DNA of 64,000 bases, taken from contig MU057801.1 in assembly GCA_013265495.1 (NCBI GenBank), positions 496,001 to 560,000 of the forward strand, written 5' to 3'. Shown one piece after another: positions 12,130-24,849 of the stretch; position 1 is the stretch's first letter; each line of letters starts with the position of its first letter. The DNA comes from Vicugna vicugna. Taxonomy: Eukaryota. The notes under the pieces were generated by a model. That model worked only from the letters and a program-made list of their open reading frames with translations, was not told the origin of the DNA and searched no databases. The translations under genes were made by a program, and so were the position numbers.

Positions 12130-13900
12130 AGGCGGACGGACACGCGCCCCTCTGGCCCCAGGCGCCTGGCTACCCCGCCGTCTGCCCTGCAGCGGGCGAG
12201 GACAGGGGACGGTCGGGGTAGCCGTGGCCTTTCTGATCAGTTTCACTGGAGCTTCATTGCGGCCTTTCCTGAGCCGGGGGCGCGCAGGGACCCGGGCCGC
12301 CCCCTCCCAGGTGGAAACCTCCCCCTGTGCGCCCCACGTTTCCTGCCACCCCGGTCTGCTCGGTGCCATCCCAGCTCTTCGCAGCATCATTCCCTGCTTA
12401 TGATTTTCCAACATTTTCTGGCTTCGCTTCGCTCTCTCGGCCCACGCCACCCTTCCGGTCGCTCGGCCCCGGGACCGTCTAACCCGCCTCCCCATGCCGG
12501 GCCCAGACAGTCCAACCGGAGGCGAAAACAAACAGCCCTGAGGGCACTTCAAGGAGCATGCGGCGGCCCGACGGCACACTCGGGAGGATGAAAGGGGCGG
12601 CCGGCCACCCCGTGGGCCCCGGCGAATAATGGGCGCGCAGCAGATTGCCGGGGGCACTTGAAACTCGAGGGGAGGGAACTGCTCGAGCGCGGTCCCTCCC
12701 CGCGCCCGGCGGCCAGCGCAGCCTCGCGGATTCGCCCTCGTCCCTCTCTTTCATGCTCTGTCCTTTTGTGCGGAATTATTTAAACGGGAGATCCGTGGCA
12801 GCTTTATGCTAATGCACTGAACAAAGGCGACGGCCCGTGGGCGGGGGCCCGGAAGGTGCCCGGAGGCCGGAGCGGGCCGGGCGGGGCGGCGGCGGGCTGC
12901 TCGTGTCTCTCGCGTGCCCCGGGGCCCGATACCACCACCCCTCATTCCTGCAAACACAAAGCCTCTCCGGCTCGGGCCGGCGCGCGCGGCGCACGGGGGT
13001 GCGGCCCCTCCGGGACCTGGCGGCCGGCTCTGCGGCGGTGACGCGCAGTTCAGGCCGGGCGGTGGCTCGAGGGCCCGGAAGGCCGCTGCGAATCTGGGAG
13101 AGGGGTCCGCGGCCGACTGGGGACGCCGTGAGGGCGCTGACAACGCCCCCTCGCGCCTCCCGCGTCTCCAAAGGCGCCGCTCGCCGCGGGGTGAGATTTC
13201 GGACCATCCTGTCCTCGCCTCTCAGGAGCTTAGGGGCTGCCTGGATCCGGCGACGTCCCACAGGGCAATTCCTTGGCCGTTATTCCCTGCCTTAGCGCTT
13301 ATTTCCATGCTTCGTGCTTTCTAGCAACTCCCTGGCGCTAAACTCCTGCGTCCGGGGTCACAGTAAACCCCCACGCGTTCCCCGACAGCAGCCTAGAGCT
13401 ACAGGACTGGAGAGCTTAGAGCGCCCGCGGCCTCCGGCTCCGGAGGCAGAACCCACTGCGGAGACTTCGAGGACCTGAGGCAAAAAGGCCGCCGCATTTT
13501 GCCAGAGCGCTGGCCCGAACCCCACAGGAAGGGGAGGAGTCGCCTGGGGCCTGGGAAGGACACTTCAGGGGTCCTGTCTGGGCTCCCTCTTCTCGCCTAC
13601 TCCCCTGAAGCTCCCCTGGAGGAGGCAAATTAGCGCTCAGCGATTCCCCAGCCCAACGCCACGCACCCCTACCCGGAATCGCAGTGCGCAAAGGCCGGCC
13701 GCAGCGGCGCAAAGTGGTGGCGCTTTGCTCTCTAAGAGGAAGGCTAATTTCTCGACTCAGTGTCCGCATGCCCGCGGGCGCGCAGATTCTGAGAAATAAA
13801 CTCACGCAAAAGACGACGGAAACCCACGACCAGGAGCAAGAGTGCACGGTCCTTGGCGGCTGCTGGTGTGTGCGGGAGCGCCGGCCGCCTCATTCTTCCC
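12130..13900. promoter_or_regulatory. CpG island upstream of INSM1
   Basis: Very high GC and CpG density, with an AT-richer motif cluster at 12760-12830. Confidence 0.75.
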
Positions 13901-15199
13901 CAGCCCTAGGTTATGAAATTAGTTTCTAATACTTGGACATTTCAAGTGTTCATTTGTTTTGACCGTACCTGTCTGAAAGCAAACTTCATTTTCGCTGGCA
14001 AGACTAGAAACCACAAATAAAGAAAAGGAAACGGATCCATTGAATCTCAGTATTTCAATAGTGTTCAATAGATTCTCCTGGCTTAATTCAGAGTCCTGTT
14101 TGAATTAGCTGCATTCAGGCAGGGGTTTTGTTTTGTTTTTTTGCACCACCACCTCCCCACCCACCCCCACCCCCGCCCTCTTTACAATTATGGGTGGTGT
14201 TACTTTTAAAGGATTCACAAGGTGACTAACTCTCCCTGTTATCTGTTGAATGAAAGGGCTGTTACACATGCAAGACCAAATACCCTGCAGTCAGTTGGGG
14301 ATGGCAGGCCGAGCCCCCCCCCCCCATTATTCCACAATCCAGATGGGATTCGTGATTAGAAAATAAAATTGGCCAAAGCTGTCCCGGAATCCCTTTTCCC
14401 ACTTCTAATTTCATCAGCAATATCAAGCAGCGCTCAAAAGAGCAAGGAAGTAACACCAGTTACTTTTCGACTGAAAGATAAATACAAATTTTAGATAAAC
14501 TCATTTTAAGGTTTCTAACTTTTTTCAGGACTTGCATTTATTGTAGTTAGCATTTTTAAAACGAGGGTGAGCGCTTCCAAAATATACTCCATTATATGTA
14601 TTCTTCTTTTTTCAGTCTGAGGTTTTTGGGTTTTTTTAAGTCACAAACATAAAATCACCAAATATCTTTCCCCTTGATTAACTAACTTGATTAACTCTAA
14701 CCACTGTCCTCAGCACAACTTATTATTCATGTGTACTCTATAAAAAAAAACTCATTTTCACGCCAGGGTATTTTCAGAGGGAAAATCCAAAACAATTAAA
14801 TACCTTCAGTGGAATTAAACATAAGCAAAACTCAGCAAAATCTATCTGGGTGCACAGAGCTTCGCAGAGAAAATGTCTGTTTCCTTCTTTTTCAGTAAAG
14901 TGACGTTTTCCTCACAACACATTTATGCGGCTTTGCTGTTTGTTCCCCAGTCATGGCCCAGGGCCACTACGCACGCACTCTTGGGGTTCTGGCCTCGGCC
15001 CCACAAGGTTCTGCCTTTTGTGTTTCCTTGGGGCTGGGCTGGGAAGAGACTGGAGGCAAAGGGCCCAGTCTGGGTCCAAACGGGGCGGCGAGGCGGGTTG
15101 GATTTTCACTGTTGTCTTTTCCTGGTGGCACGGGGGGAGGCGGCTTGTCCTCTCCCAGGCCGCAGCCTGCCTCGGAGGACAGATTGCCCCCCTCCCCCC

Positions 15200-16378
15200 G
15201 GCCGGCAGCACGCGCCTCTTTTGAGTCCAGATTGGCCGCAACCGGCGCTCAATAGCGGGAGGTTAATTTCCTTCACAAAGGTGAAGGGGGCACGGCTCCG
15301 GGGGGCCCCGCGCCCAGACAGGCGGCCCCTTTATTCCGCAGCGCCTTGATTGGAGCCCTTGATTTAGCATCTGATGTCAACCGGGGAACAAAATGCCCGC
15401 TCCGAATGAAAATGCATGAGGCCGCGCAAGGAGAGCGGAAACCAACTTCACTGGGGCGCACGCGGCTTACGGCGCTTTTCGGGCTTTGGCCAACTCCACC
15501 CAAATCAAACCAGCCCTGGGCGACGCGGAGGCTCCCAGCGGCCTGGACTCGGCCCCCCACCCCCGCAACGATGCCAATCTCGGAGCCTCCGGGAACTTAA
15601 AAAAAAAAAAAGTTTAGAAATTCAAGGGTTTTTGTTTTTGTTTTTGCTTTTTTTAAACGCAGCCCAGCCTGCCCATACCCCCATCCAGCGCCGCGTCTGC
15701 TGGCAATTGAAGAAGTGCGGTGCCAACTGTTTCACAAACTCGAAAGAAACCTCCCCGAGGCCCGAGGGCCAGCAGGGACCGCGGACACGAACATCGCCCT
15801 CGGCTGCAACCAGAAGGCCAGATCCTCTACCCAAACTTGGAACTCCAGAGCCCCATTTTCGCTTAGATCCTGGGTCCCGCGGTCCACCAGTCCGAGGCCC
15901 GGGTGGGGCTCTGGGCGGCCCCGGCTTTGTAGCTATTTTCGATTCTTATTTCCCAAGCGCCAGGAGGAGTTCCTGCGCCTCCCCCAACCCCTCTCCCGCC
16001 CCGGCAGCCGCGCTCAGATCTCCCCCGCGCCTGCTGCTGCCCACCGCCGCCCCTACCCAATCAGCGCGCACAACTTCCCCCTCCGCTCCGGCTCGCGGAT
16101 TGAACCCTCCTGACATATTTGGGGCCATTCTTCTCCTTTGTTGCTATTTTGCTCGCGACCCGCGGGTAATCCCCGCGCGGGAGGGGGGCGAGCATTGTCG
16201 TGCTGATGGACGGGCCCATTTGGCGGCTCCGCGCCCCCCGGAGGAGAGACACAAAGCCCAGGCACGTGCGCCTCCCCATAGAGGAGCACCAGACCGTGAA
16301 GGGAGGCGGGGCCGGGCGTGGGCCTGGGCCGGGCGGGGCGGCGGCGCCGGGCGGGGCGGCGGCGGGGCGCGCGCGGGG
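15200..16378 (+). promoter_or_regulatory. INSM1 promoter / CpG island
   Basis: CCAAT boxes (ATTGG at 15231 and 15349; CCAAT at 16057), E-boxes CATCTG at 15368 and CACGTG at 16263, and clustered GGGCGG GC boxes just before the gap. Confidence 0.75.
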
Positions 16379-16900
16379 NNNNNNNNNNNNNNNNNNNNNN
16401 NNNNNNNNNNNNNNNNNNNNNNNNNNNNNNNNNNNNNNNNNNNNNNNNNNNNNNNNNNNNNNNNNNNNNNNNNNNNNNNNNNNNNNNNNNNNNNNNNNNN
16501 NNNNNNNNNNNNNNNNNNNNNNNNNNNNNNNNNNNNNNNNNNNNNNNNNNNNNNNNNNNNNNNNNNNNNNNNNNNNNNNNNNNNNNNNNNNNNNNNNNNN
16601 NNNNNNNNNNNNNNNNNNNNNNNNNNNNNNNNNNNNNNNNNNNNNNNNNNNNNNNNNNNNNNNNNNNNNNNNNNNNNNNNNNNNNNNNNNNNNNNNNNNN
16701 NNNNNNNNNNNNNNNNNNNNNNNNNNNNNNNNNNNNNNNNNNNNNNNNNNNNNNNNNNNNNNNNNNNNNNNNNNNNNNNNNNNNNNNNNNNNNNNNNNNN
16801 NNNNNNNNNNNNNNNNNNNNNNNNNNNNNNNNNNNNNNNNNNNNNNNNNNNNNNNNNNNNNNNNNNNNNNNNNNNNNNNNNNNNNNNNNNNNNNNNNNNN
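16379..16900. other. Assembly gap (522 N) covering the INSM1 TSS, 5'UTR and N-terminal SNAG domain
   Basis: N run between the GC-box promoter and in-frame INSM1 sequence (ALACAPGP). Confidence 0.95.
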
Positions 16901-16902
16901 CC

Positions 16903-18258
16903 GCGCTCGCCTGCGCGCCCGGCCCGCCGCCGCCCCCGCCGGGGCCGCGGGCCGCGCACTTCGGCAACCCCGAGGCCGCGCACCCCGCGCCGCTCTACAG
17001 CCCCACGCGGCCGGTGAGCCGCGAGCACGAGAAGCACAAGTACTTCGAGCGCAGCTTCAACCTCGGCTCGCCTGTCTCGGCCGAGTCCTTCCCCACGCCC
17101 GCCGCGCTGCTCGTGGGCGGCGGCGGCGGCGGCGGGGCGAACGGCGCGGGCGGCGGCGGCGGCACCTGCGGCGGCGACCCGCTGCTCTTCGCGCCCGCGG
17201 AGCTCAAGATGGGCACAGCGTTCTCGGCCGGCACCGAGGCGTCCCGCGGCCCCGGGCCCGGCCCCCCGCTGCCCCCGGCCGCCTCCCTGCGGCCCCCGGG
17301 CAAGCGGCCCGCGCCCCCTGCCGCCGCCGCCGCCGCCGCCGCCGCCGAGCCGCCCGCCAAGGTAGCCAAGGCCCCGGGCGCCAAGAAGCCCAAAGCCATC
17401 CGCAAGCTGCACTTCGAGGACGAGGTGACCACGTCGCCCGTGCTGGGGCTCAAGATCAAGGAGGGTCCGGTGGAGGCGCCGCGGGGCCGCGCGGGGGGCA
17501 CGGCGCGGCCGCTGGGCGAGTTCATCTGCCAGCTCTGCAAGGAGGAGTACGCCGACCCTTTCGCCCTGGCGCAGCACAAGTGCTCGCGCATCGTGCGCGT
17601 GGAGTACCGCTGCCCGGAGTGCGCCAAGGTCTTCAGCTGCCCGGCCAACCTGGCCTCGCACCGCCGCTGGCACAAACCGCGGCCTGCACCCGCCGCCGCC
17701 CGCGCGTCGGAGCCCGAAACCGCCGCCAGGGCTGAGGCGCGGGAGGCGACGGGCGGCGGCGGCAGCGACCGCGACACGCCGAGCCCAGGCGGCGTGTCCG
17801 AGTCGGGCTCCGAGGACGGGCTCTGCGAGTGCCACCACTGCGCCAAGAAGTTCCGCCGCCAGGCCTATCTGCGCAAGCACCTGCTGGCGCACCACCAGGC
17901 GCTGCAGGCCAAGGGCGCGCCGCCGGCGCCCCCCGCCGAGGACCTACTGGCCTTGTACCCCGGGCCCGACGAGAAGGCGCCTCAGGAGGCAGCCGGCGAC
18001 AGCGAGGCGGCCGGCATGCTGGGCCTGAGTGCGTCCGCCGAGTGCCACCTGTGCCCGGTGTGCGGGGAGACGTTCCCCAGCAAGGGCGCCCAGGAGCGCC
18101 ACCTGCGTCTGCTGCACGCCGCCCAGGTGTTCCCCTGCAAGTACTGCCCGGCCACCTTCTACAGCTCTCCTGGCCTCACGCGGCACATCAATAAATGCCA
18201 CCCATCCGAGAACAGACAAGTGATTCTCCTGCAGGTGCCCGTGCGTCCTGCCTGCTAG
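16903..18258 (+). CDS. INSM1: Insulinoma-associated protein 1, a SNAG/C2H2 zinc-finger repressor; intronless; start codon lies in the gap (expected near 16700)
   Basis: Peptide [48 protein letters not shown]...[24 protein letters not shown], five zinc fingers, C-terminus [16 protein letters not shown]. Confidence 0.98.
   Translation, partial: ALACAPGPPPPPPGPRAAHFGNPEAAHPAPLYSPTRPVSREHEKHKYFERSFNLGSPVSAESFPTPAALLVGGGGGGGANGAGGGGGTCGGDPLLFAPAELKMGTAFSAGTEASRGPGPGPPLPPAASLRPPGKRPAPPAAAAAAAAAEPPAKVAKAPGAKKPKAIRKLHFEDEVTTSPVLGLKIKEGPVEAPRGRAGGTARPLGEFICQLCKEEYADPFALAQHKCSRIVRVEYRCPECAKVFSCPANLASHRRWHKPRPAPAAARASEPETAARAEAREATGGGGSDRDTPSPGGVSESGSEDGLCECHHCAKKFRRQAYLRKHLLAHHQALQAKGAPPAPPAEDLLALYPGPDEKAPQEAAGDSEAAGMLGLSASAECHLCPVCGETFPSKGAQERHLRLLHAAQVFPCKYCPATFYSSPGLTRHINKCHPSENRQVILLQVPVRPAC
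17320..17346 (+). repeat. (GCC)9 coding trinucleotide repeat encoding polyalanine in INSM1
   Basis: Nine uninterrupted GCC codons. Confidence 0.95.
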
Positions 18259-19390
18259 AGCGCGCCCTCCGCCTCGGCCCCCCGAACTGTGCCTTCGCCT
18301 GGAGACCCACGAAGAGAGCGCGCCCTGACCCCGCTTCCGCGCCAGGGCGCCCACCCCTGGTGAAAGTGTCGTCTCAGCTTCTCTCGGTGTGGCGTGACGG
18401 TAACCCCGATCCTCCCTCTCGTTGTGACTCCTTTTGGACCCCCCATCCCTTTGCGTTGTGTCCCCTTCCCCCCTCCCTCCATGGCGCAACAGGAGCCAAT
18501 CTCGTTCTGTACAGGGGAGAAAAGCTGTGCGCGTCTGTCTCGCGGGTGGAAGCCGCCCCTTGGAGGGGATATGTTTCTCTTGCTAGTATTCGCTGTGTTC
18601 ATGGTCTAGAAATGCGGTTTGCTCTCGCCTACCAATCTCTGCTCTCTGTGTACGTAGCGTACGGGTTGTTTTGGGTGAATCTTGAGGAATAAATGCCTTT
18701 ATACTTCACAGGCTGTAAATTGAACTTCCCACACGATTAGCTTTATTATGGCTTGTGAACTGCTGGAGTCTGGCTTTACCTTTTTGTATGTGAACAAATC
18801 AAATTGCTTAAAAAAAGAGTTTTCTTTAGTTTAGCCGCAAATGCCTTGAACTGTGTCCGTTTGGGATTGTCCTGGGGGGAGGGAAGGGGCTTTTCAGAAG
18901 ATGCTGTAGAAACTGCCTCAATGTTCCACGTAAGACTTTGGGTTTGATCATCTTTGCTGAGGTAGGAATATATGAGTTCCCTCCAAATGTATATGTTGAT
19001 TTATGAGTAATTGTTATTTATTCTTTATTTATTTATATTAATTATGAAGATTATGATATTATTTGATTACAGTTTTTTGGTGCGCTTTCCCCTCCCCCCA
19101 ACACTCTTGCCATTTCACTGTGCATTTTAGAAGAGAGCCTTTTTCTAAAGGGATCTGCTAAAAGTTTTAACTTTTATACCTATCTGAGCGAATTACAGAC
19201 AACCTACCATTTTATTCTGCTCGGAGGGCCCCTGGGGCCCTCACGTAACTGACAGCTCTTACTTTTAAATGCAATCTCTTTTCTACATACATTATTTTCT
19301 TAATTGTTAGCTATTTATAGAAAGCTTCAATAGAACTGTTTCAACTGTATAACTATTTACTATTCAAATAAAGTATTTTCAAAGTCAAAG
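18259..19390 (+). other. INSM1: INSM1 3'UTR with AU-rich elements and poly(A) signals
   Basis: AATAAA at 18688 and 19367; overlapping ATTTA motifs at ~19016-19035. Confidence 0.8.
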
Positions 19391-22300
19391 TAAGGTGGAC
19401 TTATTTCTGCATCACGTGGTTCCAACGAGGATTTGAAATAGGGCTTCCAATGATTTCTTAAATGTGTCCGTATTGTTTACTAAGAAGAACACCGCTTTCC
19501 CTGGGACTGAGGCTTTGTAGGGCTGAGCCTGGTCTGCGGGTTCTGCCCTTTGGCGGTTCAAGGGTACAACTCAAAATGGCTAACCAGAGCTGAAGTCTCC
19601 TTAGGGGCCCTTAGGAGTGTGCTGGAAGGTGCAGGTGAGAAGGAAGACTGTGCGAATCTTTTTCAGGGAAATCTAGATAAATGTCCACAAGACCCTACCC
19701 TTTAAACCCAGGGGCTGTAGGAACAGCACTGTAACTTAGCAGATCTTTTTCCTCTCCTGATGGTCTGGGGCTCAGTGTAACAGTCATTCTTCAGATAAAG
19801 TGGGTAATTTTTGATCCTTAAGTATCAACTCAAAGGAAGTAGAAATGATTTTTATGGTCAGATTTCCAAAGTAAAGGAATCAGACCCATTCCCATTTGGA
19901 TGCAACAGAAGTGGAGCAACTGGGTTTGGGATGAGGGCTCAGAAATAATTTTCCAGTCAGGTAAGCAGTCCATTTGGGGGGAACCTGGAACACCATCTGT
20001 TTGGGTATTAAATTTAATAACGGTAATTACAGTGTTTCCCGTTACGTGTCACAAAGCTCTTTGAAGAACAGTTCTGACACTCACCAGCTAATATTTTGAG
20101 TTGTTTTTCTGTGTCTTTGAAACACTCGATTACCCAGCTGTGCCAAACATCACCGTCGTGCCTGCCCTGCCCTTCGTGGTGTGTTTCTGCCGCTCTTCTC
20201 CCGGGGCTCAGGAAATCTAAGGTTTGCCCAGCCGAGAGCATTTAGAAGTCTGCAAGGGGCGGGGGGGGGGCTGCCTTTCCGAGGGTGCAGCTGGCGTGAC
20301 CATGGGCAGAGCACTAGGTGAGAAACACGGAAGGAAAATGTGACGCAAGACTGAGCCTGGAGTTCTGTGTGGGAGAGGGTTTAGTAAAAGGCTCAGCCGC
20401 CAGGCACAGGGAACATTCCTCCCTTTGTGAGGCTCTTGAAACACAGCAACAATGAAGGGGCGGCTGGCCCAGGTGAGCCTCCAGGACAAACTGCAGCCCT
20501 TTTATCGGTGATGACTGACTTCTGCCAGTTTGGAAAGTAACACGGGGAGACGGGAGCTCAGCGCAGCCCGACGTAAAAGCGCAGGGACAAAGGTGTGTTC
20601 AGAACATTCTGGAAACTTTGAATGGCACAACGAAAAACTCAAATTTGTGGGCTGAGGATTGCTCCCTCTGAGCAACAATTAGTTTTTTTTTTTAATGCTT
20701 TCTCTGAAGTACGCCGCCCAATAAAAGGTCCCTCTTCCCGAGGGTCAGTGTGTGTTCTCTGCCAAAAAAAGTTTCCTTGAAAACCTGCTGGTGGGCCTGC
20801 AGGGCCGGCATCCTGGCGTCTGCGTTTGGCTCACTTTTTCTTGTCCGTCGTCCCTCGTGAGTGTCAGTAAGACTTCGTTGTTCGCTCCTTGTCCCCCGTG
20901 GAAATTTACTTCCATTGATCAAACAGAGCTTTTCTAAAATAGAACCCCAAATTTCATGAAATGGGGCAGTTAAGGAGCGTGCTGAAGCTGACTGAACAGT
21001 GCAGAAGGGACAGCAAAACGTCCCAGCTGATTTCAGGGTGACATGGTGTGAGTTAGCAGGCTGCTCCACAGGGAGGAAATGACATTCTCTCTCTCTTTTT
21101 AATCCCTCCTTGGATAAGTTTGTAAGGGCCCCTAATACAGAACACCCAGTGGGAATGCACCCACCTTCTTTACAGGTGTGCGAAGGATGCTGAGGACGTC
21201 CTGTGTGAACGAGGCTGCTCCATACTTGGACCCCCACCGGCAGATGCCGGCCACGCAGGACAGTTCGGCCTGGGCGAGGAGGGTGGGAGCCTGTGCTGGG
21301 GCACGTGTCCTTTCCGTGTGGCACCGTCACTATCAGCTGGTCCGAGGCTCTTCTCCGGCTTGGCTCCGGGAGCCTGGGTCACATGGAGGAGGCAGCCCCT
21401 CCGGGGTAACCTGTGAGCAAGGTCAGAGGCACCCCCACCAGCTGTCCGCAGTGACCCCGGCCTGGCGCAGAGCAGAGCAGAGCAAAGCCAGGGGCTGCCT
21501 GGGCCCTGGCCTCACTATGTCGGGGTGCCCTGCAGAGACCTGGGGGCACCAGGCTAGGCGGGGCAACACCAGTCTCCAGGTGCCCGTTGCCCCATGTGTC
21601 TGTGCCCAGAGGCTGCCGATGAGGGTGCCCAGCCCTCCGGTGCCACCACCACATCCAGGGCAGCTGCCTCCTCCCACCAGCCACCCCTCCACCCCCTTGG
21701 ACTTAATTCCACAGACATCCCAGAAGCAGGAGAATCTTTTAACGTGCCTGCAGCTGTAGATAACACCATAGGAATTCTTTACCACCAGATGTCTCGCAGA
21801 AGAGAAATTTCTAGAAGCAGCTTGGGCAAACCCCTGGGCTTCCTCTAGGCCTGTCTCCTCATCTCTGAACCAGAGAATGGGCTTCTGTGACGCACAGTGA
21901 GACTTTGGGCGAGGATTCCCTAGACTGAGACAGAAGGCAGCAGGGACCCCAGAGGGAGTGGGGGTTGCATAGGCGGGAGGAGCCCCACGCTGCAGGAGGA
22001 GCCCTACACTGCGGGAGGAGCTTTGCACTGTTCAGGCTCAGCTGTAAACCCGCTGGCCTGTGGCAGGCAGGCTTTGAGCAAAACTTGTGATCGTCTTGCA
22101 GAAGGGACGTCTTGGTCTCGCGGAGACATTTTGGGGCAAATAGACCCTAGTGTGTGGGATAAGTTATAGTCATACAGACGCATGGTGTGCGTGTCGCCCA
22201 AGCAGCCTGTTACGGGACCAGGTTAAGTTACCGTCCTTTGCTGGTGAGGCTAGAGAGCCTTGCTGTTTGGTAGTTCAAAGTCCACATTGTGGCATTTGGA

Positions 22301-24849
22301 GAAGCTCGAGGAGGAAACTGAGTTGTAGAGAGGAACCCACAAGGTGGCAAAGTGCACGCACGTGAGAGAATCAACTGAACAGCAACGTGCAAGGATACTG
22401 ACTCCATCTGATGGCCAAGGTGGCACCCAGGCATGGCGTGCAGTACGGCGCGGTCTGAGGACACTTAGCATTCTACTCCTGAGTTATGCAAACATCTGAT
22501 TAATGGTTTGGCACTATAACCTTAAAGTAACAGCTGAGAGTCCCGCTGGGCTGAGAGAGAGGGCAACCAAAGGCAATCTTCTTGATACTGAAGAAGCTGT
22601 GTTTCTCTATCGCCAACCTGCAGCATTAAATGCCGTACTTGCAGGGAAGGGCTGGCACGCTCGTTACCCCTGGGTGGCACCTGGCGGCCGGCTCTAACCG
22701 GCACGTGGGCATCGCAGAGGGAAGTTCACCCTCTGAAGGGCTGCTTCTGGTCCTGGCTCTTCCTCCTGTCCCCCGGCACCTCTGGCAGCCAAGGCTCCCA
22801 AGTGAGGCCAGGTACGTTGAGTCCACAGGAGGAAGGGGCCAGAGAAGGAGGCACCCACTTGCCTGATGATTTCGATGAAGAGGGAAGCCCCTTTGCACCA
22901 GAACTAGGGAGCTCCTGCCTCCTTCTGAGGTTGCTGAGGAAACAAATAACTTCCAGCCTGTCCGTCAGCATCCTCTCGTCTTGTGCAAGCAACCAGCTAT
23001 AGGTTTTGGTGTCATCAAGATGATTTCCCGGTCTAGAGGATTTTCTGAAGACAAATGTGGCCTGTTCCTTTGGACAGTTCTTAGGAGGAACTTTGGGGAA
23101 AATTACCACGAGCCAGTCTGGGTCTCAGAAGGGACAGAGCCCGATGGGAGGGGTCACCAGCAAGGAGCCTGTGACAGACCTTCCTGGTGATTTCTCAGCG
23201 TGGGGTGGGGGAAACACCTTGACTTCCAAGTTTACCACTTCCAGCAAGTTTCTGGTCACCGTGAAGGCCTGATAGGCTTCTTAGAATCATCGAACGTATC
23301 TGAGCGTGTGGTTTGACAGCAGTCACCACATTTCACTCACCCAAATACACACCCTTTCATCTGTTAAGCCCCAACTGTCATCATTTGTCTACTGCATACT
23401 TTTATCGTGGGCTTCTTCTGTTGCATCTGGAAAGCGGAATGTTCAGGGCGTGCATGCGTCCTCTGGCAGAATATATGGTGAGCAGGTGGGTTGCGGGGTC
23501 AGTGTGTTCATATTTATCTCATTTGAAGCTTTCTAGACTGTGTGGTCTTCCTGGTGGCCTTTCCACACGAAGGTTATTCATCGGTATTTCTTCTTCAGCT
23601 CATTGCAAACTCTGGGCAAATCGGTCTTAGGACATTCTCCGTCCAGAAGTGAAACCTGCGGAGCGCTCGCTGCCAGCCAGCACATCCGAGGGCAGGATTA
23701 CTGACAGCCAGTGTTCCTTGCATGTCATACTCACACTGCATGGTGCCACCACCGTCTATAAGAAGCTCGTCCACAGAGTTTGGATTCGTGGTTCGCCAGT
23801 CCTGCCTTCCCTTTGCCAGAACCCCACTGTCCACTGGTTCCTTCCACCTGGTTTGAACAGCGAGCAGAGCGTTCGTTCCACCAGTGGAAACTTCACCCTG
23901 AATCCCTTCCTCGCCTCCTCCACTCGGCAGAGAAGCCCTTTTACTTGAAGGCAGCATCTGCTCTGTCTCTTGTTCAGGATCAGGGCCCTGATGCAATGTC
24001 CCTTCTCAAATGCCACAGCCCTGGTCACACCTGATGGTGAGAGGAGGGACAGAGTGAGCCAAGAGGCTGCCATCTGTCGGATCTGATAGGAAGCAGAGGA
24101 GGGGTTCAAGCACAGGAGGCTTCAGAGGAGGTGGGGGGGTGGAAATCAGGCTAGAATTCCCTCCAGGCACAAAGAACAGAAACGTGTGGGGAACCCGGGC
24201 TGAAACACACATGTACAATGTTGCCCTTTAAAAGCTCGTAACACCAACTGACGGCCATTCTTTTCTACTGTGATCTCTCCTGCTGTATTACGTAAAGCGA
24301 GCCTGTACCATTCCGGAATGCGGCTACACAGAGGTCGTTAATAGGGGACGGCCAGAAACCGGTAGGAATTATGTATGTGAAAAGGATCTCACTGAGGACC
24401 GTCAGGGATGAAATGAGATGCGCCGACCCGCAGTCTCCAGGTGGCCAGACCCGGCCAGAAGCACGCTGCAGCTCATCAGGCACTTTACAGCGCAGAGGAG
24501 GGCAGCCTTCCTTCGCCCGTCTCCTGGACAGGAGACCTTTCTTACTTCTGTGAACACTACTGCCATCCTTGGTATCTTCATGAAGGTTTTCACATGAATG
24601 TCTTGACAAATCAGCAAACCAATGATAATTTTGAATCATTTTCGGGAGACATTTACACAATTAAGGTTTCAGATTCGTATCAAAAAACTTTTTGCTCCAT
24701 TAACCACAGAGAAAATCATGAACTTTCCCCTTCGTATCTTCAAAATTCGGTAACTAATGTTAAAGAGAACTTAAAAAAAAATTAACTGCATATTATACTC
24801 CCCTGACTTCTTTGTTGCAGCAAATGTGATTTTCTCTTCTAAGCTAAAC

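Noticed and set aside
11590..12657. G/R/E-rich and P/L/S-rich ORFs
   Set aside because: Translations of the polypurine tract and CpG island.
16104..16115. CCCTCCTGACA as an INSM1 autoregulatory site
   Set aside because: Only a partial match to the recalled TGTCAGGGGGC-type consensus; not supportable from sequence alone.
16144..17895. Long antisense and alternate-frame ORFs over INSM1 (583, 533, 511, 304 and 283 aa)
   Set aside because: Shadow ORFs caused by extreme GC content, most inflated by the N gap; no recognisable domains.
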